Origin: Phycisphaera mikurensis NBRC 102666
GTDB taxonomy: Bacteria > Planctomycetota > Phycisphaerae > Phycisphaerales > Phycisphaeraceae
NCBI RefSeq assembly: GCF_000284115.1
Contig: NC_017080.1
Location: forward strand, 1,950,001-1,982,000
Direction: 5' to 3'
DNA: 32,000 bases
Part shown: positions 25,195-32,000 of the stretch, in pieces
Layout: the number at the start of each line of letters is the position of its first letter
Position numbering within the stretch: the first letter of the stretch is position 1
Notes under the pieces: model-generated
What the model was told of the DNA's origin: nothing
Seen by the model: the letters and a program-made list of their open reading frames with translations, nothing else
Databases searched by the model: none
Position numbers and translations under genes: made by a program

Positions 25195-26556
25195 ATGCCC
25201 GAATCCTTCACCAAGAAGTCCGCGATCCCCGCCTCCACCGCCGAGGTTTTTGATTGGCACGAGCGGGCGGGCGCCTTCATGCGGCTGCAGCCGCCCTGGG
25301 AGCGGGTGGAGCTGCTGGAGTTCGAGGGCATCCGCGACGGCCAGAAGGCGGTGCTCCGGGTCTGGGCGCCGTGGAAGCGGAAGTGGGTGGCGATGCACCA
25401 CGGCTTCGTGCCGGGGGTGCAGTTCTGCGATCGGCAGGAGGAGGGACCCTTCGCCCGGTGGGATCACGCCCACCGGGTGGAGCCGGACCCGGGCAACGGC
25501 GGGGAGACGGCGGTCATGAACGACGACGTCCGCTACGAGATGCCGTTCGGCCCGCTGGGGATGATCGCCCACGGCGTCTTCGCCCGCGAGAAGATCGAGC
25601 AGATGTTCGCCCACCGCCACGCGGTGCTGCGCGAGGACCACGAGCGGCGGAATCGGCTGGCGGAGCACGCCGGCGGCCTCGACACGCTCAAGGTGGCGAT
25701 GACCGGCGGCAGCGGCTTCGTCGGCTCGCTGCTCACGCCGCTCTTGACCACCCGCGGCCACGCGGTCAAGCCGGTGCGGCGGCCGGCCGAGGGCATCGGC
25801 TGGAACACCGGCGACCTCGCCGGCGCCGACGCGGTGGTCCACCTCGCCGGCGAGCCGATCGCCCAGCGCTGGAGCGAGCGGGCGAAGAAGCGGATCCGGG
25901 AGAGCCGGCTCGAGGGCACCCGCGTGCTCGCCGAGGCGCTGACGCGGCTGCCCCAGAAGCCCAAGGTGCTGGTGTCCGCCTCGGCGGTGGGCTTCTACGG
26001 CGCCCGCGGGGACGAGCTGCTCGACGAGGACAGCGCCGGCGGGAGCGGCTTCCTTGCGGAGGTCGCCGCCGGCTGGGAAGCCGCGACCCGGGCGGCTTCC
26101 GACGCGGGCATCCGCGTGGTCCACCCGCGGATCGGCGTGGTGCTCGACCCCCGGGGCGGGGCGCTGCAGCGGATGCTCCCGATCTTCGCCGCCGGCGTCG
26201 GCGGGAGGCTCGGCCACGGCGGGCAGTGGTTCCCGTGGATCAGCAGCTTCGACCTCTGCGACGTCCTCGCCCGCTGCCTCGTCGATCCGTCGCTCCGCGG
26301 CCCCATCAATGCCGTCGCGCCCGAGCCGGTCACCAACGCCGTCTTCACCAAGACCCTCGGACGCGTCCTGAAGCGGCCCGCCGTGCTGCCCGCCCCGGGT
26401 TTCGCCCTGCGGGCGGCCTTCGGCGAGATGGCCGATGCCGCCCTGCTCGGCGGGGCACGCGTGGTGCCCTCGCGGCTGCAGCAAGCGGGCTTCCGCTGGC
26501 GGCACCCGGACCTCGAGGCGGCGCTGCGGGCGCTCCTGGGCAAGCGCCGCCTCTGA
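25195..26556 (+). CDS. SRPBCC domain fused to a TIGR01777/YfcH-like NAD-binding epimerase (DUF1731 C-terminus)
   Basis: The N-terminus is FTKKSAIPASTAEVFDWHERAGAFMRL. The Rossmann motif is VAMTGGSGFVGSLL. The C-terminus is VVPSRLQQAGFRWRHPDLEAAL. A TACCGT box lies 10 nt upstream of the ATG. Confidence 0.8.
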   Translation: MPESFTKKSAIPASTAEVFDWHERAGAFMRLQPPWERVELLEFEGIRDGQKAVLRVWAPWKRKWVAMHHGFVPGVQFCDRQEEGPFARWDHAHRVEPDPGNGGETAVMNDDVRYEMPFGPLGMIAHGVFAREKIEQMFAHRHAVLREDHERRNRLAEHAGGLDTLKVAMTGGSGFVGSLLTPLLTTRGHAVKPVRRPAEGIGWNTGDLAGADAVVHLAGEPIAQRWSERAKKRIRESRLEGTRVLAEALTRLPQKPKVLVSASAVGFYGARGDELLDEDSAGGSGFLAEVAAGWEAATRAASDAGIRVVHPRIGVVLDPRGGALQRMLPIFAAGVGGRLGHGGQWFPWISSFDLCDVLARCLVDPSLRGPINAVAPEPVTNAVFTKTLGRVLKRPAVLPAPGFALRAAFGEMADAALLGGARVVPSRLQQAGFRWRHPDLEAALRALLGKRRL

Positions 26557-26663
26557 GGCGGGGCCGAAGCGGCGCGTCCGCGTGCCCGCGCGCCCTCGCC
26601 CGGAGCCGCGGCGAGGCCGGGCGCGCCGCACCCGCGCAGACCCCGGGCGGTCCGCTCCTCCGC

Positions 26664-26669
26664 TAGCTT
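26664..26669 (+). promoter_or_regulatory. TANNNT box next to the start codon (leaderless-type) for the MlaD-like gene
   Basis: TAGCTT, 6 nt spacer, then ATG at 26676. Confidence 0.4.
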
Positions 26670-26675
26670 CCGCCG

Positions 26676-27860
26676 ATGGCAGCATCCAACGAACGCGCAG
26701 CCTTCAAGGCGGGGCTGTTCATCCTCGCGATGGCCGTGCTCGCGGTGGTGATGGTCTTCCTGGTCCGCGGCTTCCGCGGATCGCTCGGCGACACCCAGCG
26801 GGTGACGGTGGTGTTCGGCCCCGGGGCCAACGCCGCGGCGCTGACCGCCGGCTCGCCGGTGCGGATCTTCGGCGTCGGGGTCGGGAGCGTGGCGGAGGCG
26901 CGGGTCGTGCCCGACGAGGAGCAGGGGGCGTTGGTGGAGGTGGTCGCGTCGCTGCCCAGCGGCTTCGACGTCATGTCCGACGCGGAGGTGATCGCCTCGG
27001 CCTCGCTGACCGGCGAGAGCTGGCTCGACTTCGTCACCCTCGGTTCGGGGGAGAAGATGGAGCCCGGCGGCCGCATCGACGGCAGCAGCGGCGGGTTCCA
27101 GAAGGCCCTCGACGTCGTCAACGAGGCGCTGCCGGCCGCGGTGCAGGCCGTCGAGCAGGTGACGCGGGTGACGCAGCGTCTCGACGCGCTGGTGGTGAAG
27201 CTGGAGTCGCAGGTCGACCCGCTCGTCGCCGACGTGACGGCGCTGACCGAGGTCGCCGCCTCCGCCGCCGGCGAGCTGGACGCGCTGCTGGGCGATTCCG
27301 GGGGCGACCTCCGCTCCACCTTCAAGAGCCTCGCCGGCGTCACGGAAGCGGCCGAGGCGAAGGTGCCGGCGCTGCTGGACCGGGGCGAGACGCTGCTGAC
27401 CGACGCCGACGCCACGCTGGCCAAGGCCGACCCGCTGCTCGACCGTGTCGGCCCGGTCATCGCCGACACCCGCGCCGTGGTCTCGGACGTCCGCGGGCTC
27501 GTCCGCACCAACGCCGGGCCGATCACGCGGACCGTCGAGTCGCTCGAGCGCACGGCGCTGGACGCACGCGGCGCGGCGAGCGAGCTGCGGGCGGCCCCCT
27601 GGCGGATCCTCTACAAGCCCAAGGAGAAGGACCAGCGCAATCTCGCGCTCTACGCGGCCGCGCGCGACTACGCCGCGGGCGCCCAGGACCTCGAGGCGGC
27701 GGCGGAGGCCCTGCGGGTGGCCGTGGAGGCCGCGCCCGAGGACGGCACCCTGAGCGCCGAAGAGACCGAGAGGCTCGCCGAGCTCCGCCGCCGCGTCGTG
27801 GGGTCGTACGACAACTACGAGCGGGTGCAGGCCCAGCTCTGGCAGCAGTTCGAACGCTGA
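26676..27860 (+). CDS. MlaD/MCE-family protein with a long helical C-terminal region
   Basis: An N-terminal TM helix is followed by an MCE-like domain (VTVVFGPGANAAALTAGSPVRIFGVGVGSV). Repeated helical segments follow. Confidence 0.75.
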   Translation: MAASNERAAFKAGLFILAMAVLAVVMVFLVRGFRGSLGDTQRVTVVFGPGANAAALTAGSPVRIFGVGVGSVAEARVVPDEEQGALVEVVASLPSGFDVMSDAEVIASASLTGESWLDFVTLGSGEKMEPGGRIDGSSGGFQKALDVVNEALPAAVQAVEQVTRVTQRLDALVVKLESQVDPLVADVTALTEVAASAAGELDALLGDSGGDLRSTFKSLAGVTEAAEAKVPALLDRGETLLTDADATLAKADPLLDRVGPVIADTRAVVSDVRGLVRTNAGPITRTVESLERTALDARGAASELRAAPWRILYKPKEKDQRNLALYAAARDYAAGAQDLEAAAEALRVAVEAAPEDGTLSAEETERLAELRRRVVGSYDNYERVQAQLWQQFER

Positions 27861-27882
27861 GACCTACGGGCCCGGAGCCCCG

Positions 27883-27888
27883 TAACCT
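27883..27888 (+). promoter_or_regulatory. TANNNT box next to the start codon (leaderless-type) for gspF-like
   Basis: TAACCT, 5 nt spacer, then GTG at 27894. Confidence 0.35.
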
Positions 27889-27893
27889 CCGGC

Positions 27894-29123
27894 GTGCCCG
27901 AATTCGCTTACACCGCGCTCGACGCCGCCGGGGCCACCGTCAGCGGCTCCCTGAGCGCGGCCTCGCGGCGAGCGGCGGTCGACCGGCTGGCGGCTTCGGG
28001 GCGGGTGGCGGTGGAGGTGAAGGAGGGCGCTGCGGCCGCCTACCCCAACGCGGCGGCGGGGAAGCGGGGCGTGTCGTTCCCGGGGAGCCGCGTCACCGGG
28101 CGGCAGCAGGCGGCGATGCTGCGGCAGGTGGCGGTGGCGCTGCAGGCGGGGCTGAACCTGCTGCCGGCGCTGGAGGCGGTTGCCGAGCAGGCGGAGTCGC
28201 CGGCGCTGCGGGGCCTCGTGGAGGGCCTGGCCGCCAAGGTCAAGGAAGGTTCGTCGCTCTCGGCGGCGATGCGGGAGGCGGGACCGAGGAGCTTCTCGGC
28301 GATGCAGGTCAGCATGGTCGAGGCGGGCGAAGCGGCCGGGCTGCTCGACGAGGTCGCGGCGTCGCTCGCCGACTTCGCCGAGCGCGACCTGGACGTCCGC
28401 GAGAAGCTGAGGTCGGCCGCGATGTACCCGATGCTCGTGCTCGGCCTCGGCGGCCTCTCGATCGTCGTCATCGTCGTCTTCATCCTGCCGCGGATCATGG
28501 AGACGGTGAACACGCCCTTCGAAGAGCTGCCGCTCCCCACGCGCCTGCTGATGACGATCAGCGACGGCGTCCGCACGCCCGTGGGCGCGGCCGCGTTGCT
28601 GGGCGTGGCCGCGGCCCTCTTCCTCGCCCTGCGCTGGTCGCGGACACCGGAGGGTGCCCGCACGGCCGACCTCTGGAAGCTGAAGCTCCCGGTCATCGGC
28701 CCCGCCGTGAAGAAGGTCGGCGTCGCCCGCTTCGCCCGTGCCCTCGGGACCCTCACCGGCGCCGGCATCCAGGTCGTGCAGGCTCTGCGGATCACCCGCA
28801 ACACGCTGGGCAACCGCGTCATGGCCGAGCAGGTCGACGCCGCCGCCGACGCCATCGTCGCCGGCGAGAGCATCGCCGCCCCGCTGAAGTCCGGGGGCTT
28901 CTTCCCGCCGTTGCTCGTGCAGGTCGTGGCGATGGGCGAGAAGACCGGCCGGCTCGACGAGCTGCTGCTCCGCTCCGCCGACACCTACGACCGCGAAACC
29001 CGCGTCGCCCTCGACCGCGTCATGAGCGTGCTGCCGGCGCTGCTGATCATGATCCTCGCGGTCATCGTCGCCTTCATCCTGGCGGCGGCGCTGCTGCCGA
29101 TCATGACGATGGACGTCGGGTAG
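27894..29123 (+). CDS. Type II secretion / type IV pilus platform protein (GspF/PilC family)
   Basis: The N-terminus is MPEFAYTALDAAGATVSGSL. Two T2SF repeats are present (LSAAMREAG..FSAMQVSMVEAGEAAG and IAAPLKSGGFFPPLLVQVVAMGEKTGRLDE), along with three TM helices. Confidence 0.85.
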   Translation: MPEFAYTALDAAGATVSGSLSAASRRAAVDRLAASGRVAVEVKEGAAAAYPNAAAGKRGVSFPGSRVTGRQQAAMLRQVAVALQAGLNLLPALEAVAEQAESPALRGLVEGLAAKVKEGSSLSAAMREAGPRSFSAMQVSMVEAGEAAGLLDEVAASLADFAERDLDVREKLRSAAMYPMLVLGLGGLSIVVIVVFILPRIMETVNTPFEELPLPTRLLMTISDGVRTPVGAAALLGVAAALFLALRWSRTPEGARTADLWKLKLPVIGPAVKKVGVARFARALGTLTGAGIQVVQALRITRNTLGNRVMAEQVDAAADAIVAGESIAAPLKSGGFFPPLLVQVVAMGEKTGRLDELLLRSADTYDRETRVALDRVMSVLPALLIMILAVIVAFILAAALLPIMTMDVG

Positions 29124-29132
29124 GCGTTCCGG

Positions 29133-29181
29133 GCGGCATCCGGCGGGGTGGGCATCGGGTGGGCATCCGGTGGGCACGAGA
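29133..29181. repeat. Short tandem 11-mer array (TGGGCATCSGG x3 plus one degenerate copy)
   Basis: TGGGCATCGGG is at 29149-29159, TGGGCATCCGG at 29160-29170 and TGGGCACGAGA at 29171-29181. A related GCGGCATCCGG lies at 29133-29143. The array is intergenic, 10 nt after the gspF-like stop. Confidence 0.7.
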
Positions 29182-29277
29182 GGAGGCCGCGCCGCGGGCA
29201 TCGTCTTCCCGCTGGCTCAGGTCTAGCGTTTGGGTGTCGAAGCCGACGACGGCTTCTCCGCCTGCACGAGACCTCTC

Positions 29278-30426
29278 ATGGAACCCTCCACCCACGACAC
29301 GAACCCATCCGTCACCCCGGGCGGCGGCACGCACGCCACGCCGGCGACGGCGTCCGGATCGGTGGCCGCCGCCCACGGCAGCAGCCAGCGTGACCTCCAC
29401 GACGTCCCGCCCGCCAAGCGGACGCGCGTCTCCTGGGGCGCCATCTTCGCCGGCGCCGTGGTCGCGGTCGCGATCACGCTGCTGCTGACGCTCCTGGGCG
29501 TCGGCGGCGGTCTGCTCACCAGCGACGCGATCACCGGGGCCGACGGCCTGGGGCTCTTCGCGGCGATCTGGTACGTGATCTCCGGCACCTGCGGCCTGCT
29601 CGCCGGCGGCTACGTCGCGGGCCGCCTCGCCGGCTCGCCCTCGCCGCGGGACGCCGTGCTGCACGGTCTCACGGCCTGGGGGCTCACCACCGTCTTCGCC
29701 GCGTGGCTGGCGACCTCGCTCGCCGCGAGCCTCATCTCCGGCGCGACGAGCCTCGCCGGCACCGCGGTGCAGGCGACCGGCACCGCCGTCGGCGGCGTTG
29801 CCAGCGGCGTCGGCTCGGCCACCGGCCAGGTGGCCGGCGGTGCGCTGAGCGCGGCGGGTGGTGCGCTGGGCGCCATCGACCAGATCCCGCTGCCCGACGT
29901 CGACTGGAGCAAGTACGGCTCCATGGCGAACGACCTCATCGAGAAGACCGGCGCGGACCCGGCGCAGACCGCCGACGAGATGGGCGACCAGCCCGTCGCG
30001 GCCGCCAAGGACTTCGCCGCGAACGTCCGCAAGTGGGTGGAAGGCGAAGACAGCGTCACGCAGGAGGAGCTGATCCAGGTCGTCACCTCCAACAGCGGGG
30101 TGAGCGAAGCCGAAGCGCGGAAGGGCCTCGACGAGATCAATTCGGCCTACACGACCGCCAAGACGGAGGCGACCGAGGCGTACGAGACGGCCAAGGCCGA
30201 AGCCAGCGACGCCTACGGCGCCGCCGAGGACCGCGCGACGCAGGCATACCAGACCGCCAAGACCGAAGCCACCGAGGCGGCGCAGACCGCCTACGAGGAA
30301 GGCACCGACGCGCTGGGCACCGCCGCGCTCGCCTCCTTCGCCGTGCTGCTGCTGGGCGCCCTCGCCGCCAGCTTCGGCGCCAGCCTCGGCAGGCCCGACG
30401 AGGACGAGTTCCGCACCCGCGGCTGA
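29278..30426 (+). CDS. Membrane protein with a C-terminal 11-residue-repeat region
   Basis: Several Gly/Ala-rich TM helices (VSWGAIFAGAVVAVAITLLL...) are followed by AY.TAKTEATE-type repeats and a final TM helix. The start could instead be TTG at 29230. A TAGCGT box lies at 29224-29229. Confidence 0.65.
   Translation: MEPSTHDTNPSVTPGGGTHATPATASGSVAAAHGSSQRDLHDVPPAKRTRVSWGAIFAGAVVAVAITLLLTLLGVGGGLLTSDAITGADGLGLFAAIWYVISGTCGLLAGGYVAGRLAGSPSPRDAVLHGLTAWGLTTVFAAWLATSLAASLISGATSLAGTAVQATGTAVGGVASGVGSATGQVAGGALSAAGGALGAIDQIPLPDVDWSKYGSMANDLIEKTGADPAQTADEMGDQPVAAAKDFAANVRKWVEGEDSVTQEELIQVVTSNSGVSEAEARKGLDEINSAYTTAKTEATEAYETAKAEASDAYGAAEDRATQAYQTAKTEATEAAQTAYEEGTDALGTAALASFAVLLLGALAASFGASLGRPDEDEFRTRG
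30145..30309 (+). repeat. Five in-frame 33-bp (11-aa) tandem repeats within the membrane-protein gene
   Basis: The units are AYTTAKTEATE, AYETAKAEASD, AYGAAEDRATQ, AYQTAKTEATE and AAQTAYEEGTD. They start at 30145, 30178, 30211, 30244 and 30277. Confidence 0.8.
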
Positions 30427-30557
30427 GCGGAAGCCGCGGACGGTCGACGAGAACGGCCGCCCGGGCCCCCGGTCCGCGGCGGCGGTTTGCGGCGCCTCGT
30501 GCCCCCCGCGGGCCCGCTGGCCTCGGGCTCGCCCGGCGCCGCGCGAGTCCGGCTCGG

Positions 30558-30899
30558 TCACGCGTCGCCTGTGGCGACGAAGCCGAGGAAGCGCACCTCC
30601 TTCTCGCGGGTCTGCAGCTTCGCAAGCTCCGCGAGGAAGACCGGGTGGTGCGGCTGGGCGTCGTGGTTCTGGATCGCCGCCTCGTCCTCCCAGCACTCCA
30701 CCGACGTGAAGCGGCCGGGCTCTTTCTGGTCCTTCATCACGAAGAAGGCGAGGTTGCCCGCGTCGTGCCGCCCGTCCTCGACGTGCTGCGTGAAGAGTGC
30801 GACGGCCTCCGCCTCGCGAGCCGGGTCGGTGAAGAAGTCGACGATCAGCCAGACGCCCGAGCGGGCGGCGGGCGAGAGGTTCAGCAGGTTCTCGGTCAT
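30558..30899 (-). CDS. Antibiotic-biosynthesis-monooxygenase (ABM)-fold protein
   Basis: The protein is 113 aa. GRFTSVECWEDEAAIQNHDAQPHH is typical of the ABM/quinol monooxygenase family. Its ATG overlaps the trpF stop in an ATGA. Confidence 0.75.
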   Translation of the reverse strand: MTENLLNLSPAARSGVWLIVDFFTDPAREAEAVALFTQHVEDGRHDAGNLAFFVMKDQKEPGRFTSVECWEDEAAIQNHDAQPHHPVFLAELAKLQTREKEVRFLGFVATGDA

Positions 30900-31594
30900 C
30901 CGGCCACGCTACCCGCGGCTCCCACGAACGCCCGCACCTTCGCCGCGTCCTTGACCCCCTTGGCCGACTCGACGCCGCTGGAGACGTCGACGCCGAATGG
31001 CCGCACGATCCCGATCGCCCCGGCGACGTTCTCCGGCGTGAGCCCGCCGGCGAGCCACAGCGGCGGGAGGCCGCCGCGGTCGACGCCGGCGAGGGCCTGC
31101 CAGTCGAACCGGACGCCGTGCCCGCCGGTGACCCCGCCGCGGGCCGGAGGCGGCGCGTCCACGAGCAGCGCGGCGAGGCCGCGGACGCCGGCCCAGCGCC
31201 GCACGCCGTCGGCATCGAAGGGGACCGCTTTCCACACGGTGAGTCCGGCGTCCGCGAGCGCCGCCACCTCGGCGGCGGACTCGCGGCCGTGCAGCTGCAC
31301 CGTCGTCAGACCCGCCGCCGCCGCGATCGCCCGCACGTCCTCCACCGCGTGGTCGCAGAACAGCCCCACCGGCACCGGCGCGTGCAGCCCGAAGGCGTGC
31401 AGCGCCCGGGTCACCCCCTCCGCCTCCGCCGTCTCCACGCAGCGTGGCGACCGCCGGACGAAGACGAGCCCGACGAAATCGACCCCCGCCTCCGCGCACA
31501 CCGCCGCCGTCCCCACATCCCGCACCCCGCAGATCTTCACGCGCGTGCGGTCGGCGGGCGTCTCGGCAGGAGCATGGAATCCGCGGACCGTCAC
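30896..31594 (-). CDS. trpF: Phosphoribosylanthranilate isomerase
   Basis: VKICGVRDVGTAAVCAEAGVDFVGLVF, VQLHG and AGGLTPENV are present. I chose the GTG at 31594 because GGAGG lies 6 nt upstream of it. The longer ORF, starting at 31687, runs through the inverted-repeat element. Confidence 0.85.
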   Translation of the reverse strand: MTVRGFHAPAETPADRTRVKICGVRDVGTAAVCAEAGVDFVGLVFVRRSPRCVETAEAEGVTRALHAFGLHAPVPVGLFCDHAVEDVRAIAAAAGLTTVQLHGRESAAEVAALADAGLTVWKAVPFDADGVRRWAGVRGLAALLVDAPPPARGGVTGGHGVRFDWQALAGVDRGGLPPLWLAGGLTPENVAGAIGIVRPFGVDVSSGVESAKGVKDAAKVRAFVGAAGSVAG

Positions 31595-31612
31595 CGCTCG
31601 CCTCCAGGGCGG

Positions 31613-31773
31613 AGGGCCGGGTTGCCACGCAACCCGGAACGGCTGCGGAGCAGCCGGTCGCCTCGGTGCAGGCGTGCTGCGGAGCACGACCCGCCGGTGG
31701 CGCGAACCAGCTCGCCGCGCCCGAAACAGCTCCGGCGCCGCCGGAGTTCCGGGTTGCGTGGCAACCCGGCCCT
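31613..31773. repeat. 28-bp perfect terminal inverted repeats flanking a 105-bp core (MITE/REP-pair-like element)
   Basis: 31613-31640 (AGGGCCGGGTTGCCACGCAACCCGGAAC) is the exact reverse complement of 31746-31773. Each arm is itself a hairpin (CCGGGTTGC-NNN-GCAACCCGG). Confidence 0.9.
31720..31746 (-). terminator. Intrinsic-terminator candidate for the helicase gene
   Basis: On the minus strand, the 8-bp-stem hairpin CTCCGGCG-G-CGCCGGAG (31730-31746) is followed by CTGTTTCGGG. It lies about 40 nt after the helicase stop. Confidence 0.35.
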
Positions 31774-31787
31774 GCGTGCTTGGGACC

Positions 31788-32000
31788 TCAAACCCGCTCC
31801 AATCTCGCGTACTGCAGGATCATCGTCTTGAGCCCGTGCGTCTGGAACTCGACGCTCGCCCGCGTGTGCGCACCCATCGAGTCGACCTTGCGGATCCGCC
31901 CGCGCCCGAACTGCGGGTGGCGGACCTCGGTGCCCGGGGGCCACGCGTCCGCCTCCCGGTCGGCCCGGTTCCGCTGCGCCTGCCCGCGTCGGTGCGTGAA
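31788..32000 (-). CDS. UvrD/PcrA-family helicase, C-terminal 70 aa (5' part lies outside the window)
   Basis: The minus-strand translation ...GTEVRHPQFGRGRIRKVDSMGAHTRASVEFQTHGLKTMILQYARLERV* parallels the E. coli UvrD C-terminus (...V.H.KFGEGTI...V.F...G.K.L...YARLESV*). Confidence 0.8.
   Translation of the reverse strand, partial: FTHRRGQAQRNRADREADAWPPGTEVRHPQFGRGRIRKVDSMGAHTRASVEFQTHGLKTMILQYARLERV

Noticed and set aside
26435-29488. A 1017-aa ORF on the plus strand spans the mlaD-like and gspF-like region. Similar long alternate-frame or antisense ORFs occur elsewhere, for example 1379-2977 (+), 1794-4037 (-), 3625-5700 (+), 8831-11047 (-), 11173-12975 (-), 20155-21948 (-) and 29101-31215 (-).
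   Set aside because: Their translations are monotonous R/G/P/A-rich strings with no recognisable motifs. They overlap genes that have clear family signatures. Long spurious ORFs are expected in DNA above 70% G+C because stop codons are rare.
31595-31687. The longer trpF ORF starting at 31687.
   Set aside because: The extension runs through the 28-bp inverted-repeat arm and translates to a P/R/A-rich sequence. GTG 31594 has GGAGG at ideal spacing and gives a typical TrpF length of 233 aa.
1-32000. A scan for CRISPR arrays, tRNA/rRNA genes (for example the GGTTCGAATCC T-loop), transposases and integrases.
   Set aside because: None found by eye. The only repeated DNA is the set of short elements listed above.

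Overview
This is a very GC-rich bacterial chromosomal window; hand counts on single 60-nt lines give about 70-77% G+C in housekeeping genes. I call about 31 CDS and find no rRNA, tRNA, CRISPR array, transposase or integrase. The gene content (PEP-CTERM/DUF4394 protein, orphan GspF, MlaD, FHA protein, many two-component genes) suggests Planctomycetota, possibly Phycisphaerae-like, but that is an unverified guess. Gene order: truncated SecA-like ATPase and fliS; a histidine kinase with a REC-GGDEF-EAL protein; a FapA/DUF342-like gene; a PAS kinase with a CheY-like regulator; cbiX; a YdeP/FdhF-type molybdopterin oxidoreductase with fdhD; an SDR epimerase; a broken-up nuoD-nuoE-nuoF cluster; yqgE/algH; several hypothetical, lipoprotein and membrane genes; a DUF4394 PEP-CTERM protein; an FHA coiled-coil protein; an SRPBCC-TIGR01777 fusion; MlaD; GspF; an 11-mer-repeat membrane protein; an ABM monooxygenase with trpF; and the C-terminus of a UvrD-like helicase. 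The best candidate for a new system is a lower-GC, translationally coupled gene pair at 15631-17768, inserted between nuoE and nuoF. It pairs an OLD/ABC-type ATPase with a DUF4276/Toprim-like protein and looks like a split OLD/PARIS-like defence module. Other sequence-supported signals are: a TANNNT box 5-6 nt upstream of the start codon at 10 of 29 gene starts, which suggests leaderless mRNAs; a perfect 54-bp palindrome at 8821-8874; a 28-bp inverted-repeat pair at 31613-31773; sigma-28-like boxes upstream of the flagellar-type genes; and short tandem repeats. All functional calls come from motif recognition by eye. No database search was possible.
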